A stretch of 64,000 nt of DNA from Acidobacteriota bacterium (GTDB lineage Bacteria; Acidobacteriota; Thermoanaerobaculia; UBA5066; Gp7-AA6). How positions within the stretch are numbered: position 1 is the first letter of the stretch; the number at the start of each line of letters is the position of its first letter. The translations under genes and the position numbers were made by a program. Location: assembly GCA_050257975.1 (NCBI GenBank), contig JBLMXY010000016.1:1236-65235 (forward strand), in the 5' to 3' direction. The notes under the pieces are model-generated. The model saw nothing but the letters and a program-made list of their open reading frames with translations. It searched no databases and was not told the DNA's origin. Shown one piece after another: positions 63,603-64,000 of this stretch.

Positions 63603-64000
63603 ATGACCCTTCCGTCTCGAAACGATCCGACAGGATTCGACGAGCCGCTCCAGGAACTCCGCCGGTCCCTGGGCCTGCTCCCGAGCCTCCTGCCGGCGCG
63701 CAGCCTCGTGCCTCGCATCTTCGAGGCCGAGCGCGCGATTTCCCGGACGGTCCTGGGCGTCGAGGGGACGCTGCCGCCCATCCTGAAGGAATCGATCCTG
63801 ATCGGACTCGCCGCTCGTTTCCGAAACCTCCCGGGAATGGCGGCGCACGGCTTCGCGCTGCGCACCCTTGGGCTCGAGGGAGACCGCGTCCAGAACCTGA
63901 TCGAGGATCAACACGACTCGGGTCTTTCCGGGAGCGAGACGGCGCTCCTGGACTTCAGCCTGCGGCTGGGAGAGCGTCCGGGCACGGTCGCCTTCGGCGA
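63603..64000 (+). CDS. carboxymuconolactone decarboxylase/AhpD-like family protein (3' end off the window)
   Basis: Not in the ORF track because it is truncated. ATG 63603 gives MTLPSRNDPTGFDEPLQELRRSLGLLPSLLPARSLVPRIFEAERAISRTVLGVEGTLPPILKESILIGLAARFRNLPGMAAHGFALRTLGL... This resembles peroxidase-related CMD-family proteins. The assignment is tentative. Confidence 0.45.
   Translation, partial: MTLPSRNDPTGFDEPLQELRRSLGLLPSLLPARSLVPRIFEAERAISRTVLGVEGTLPPILKESILIGLAARFRNLPGMAAHGFALRTLGLEGDRVQNLIEDQHDSGLSGSETALLDFSLRLGERPGTVAFG

Overview
This is a 64-kb chromosomal window from a very GC-rich diderm bacterium. The evidence for a diderm is LPS-core genes, a TonB-dependent receptor and secretins. 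The taxon cannot be fixed from sequence alone; the gene architectures look Acidobacteriota- or Myxococcota-like. I can support about 65 protein genes, tightly packed and often joined by ATGA/GTGA/TGATG stop-start overlaps. I saw no rRNA, tRNA or CRISPR.

Gene blocks, left to right:
- 1-6.9 kb: hydrolase, BON lipoprotein, truA, the minus-strand operon dut/MBL-hydrolase/purS/purQ/purL.
- 6.9-10.7 kb: Ser/Thr kinase and an M16 peptidase.
- 10.8-22.4 kb: one long minus-strand operon. It runs ECF sigma, anti-sigma, secretin-N-domain protein, GspF, GspE, PilM/N/O/P-like proteins, a TPR-secretin with a cohesin-like tail, then three GspG-like pseudopilins.
- 22.6-29.1 kb: LPS inner-core/lipid A genes (waaA, lpxK, late acyltransferase, hldA/hldC-type heptose genes, heptosyltransferase), interrupted by an opposite-strand HNH gene.
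- 29.1-36.7 kb: pilB-pilT-pilC-pilS-pilR, with no pilA.
- 36.8-48.9 kb: assorted genes (DUF192, BNR propeller, galU, FmdB zinc ribbon, DUF4388, moeA, LolA-like/FtsX/ABC, TonB receptor).
- 48.9-64 kb: an RsrA-like zinc anti-sigma/ECF sigma pair, followed by glycogen debranching enzyme, an S8 protease with a CBM48-like tail, and a run of mostly exported redox proteins (MIP channel, GMC oxidoreductase, VOC, FMN reductase, DM13 proteins, GlcG, cupin, SMP-30 lactonase, NDH-2, AhpD-like).

Signals most worth a second look:
1. A family of at least 10 AT-richer intergenic elements built from tandem heptanucleotides that fold into periodically mismatched hairpins. All of them abut stop codons.
2. Five copies of GAAAC-N15/16-GCATCCAA. 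This looks like an ECF promoter defining a redox regulon, and one copy sits in front of the anti-sigma/sigma pair itself.
3. The ECF-headed hybrid T2SS/T4P-like operon. Two of its genes lack a normal start: one has a CTGA junction and one has a repeat-encoded leader.
4. A candidate 269-bp MITE flanked by CTAG between the convergent stops of truA and purL.

All calls come from reading the sequence and the ORF track by eye. No searches or computations were run.
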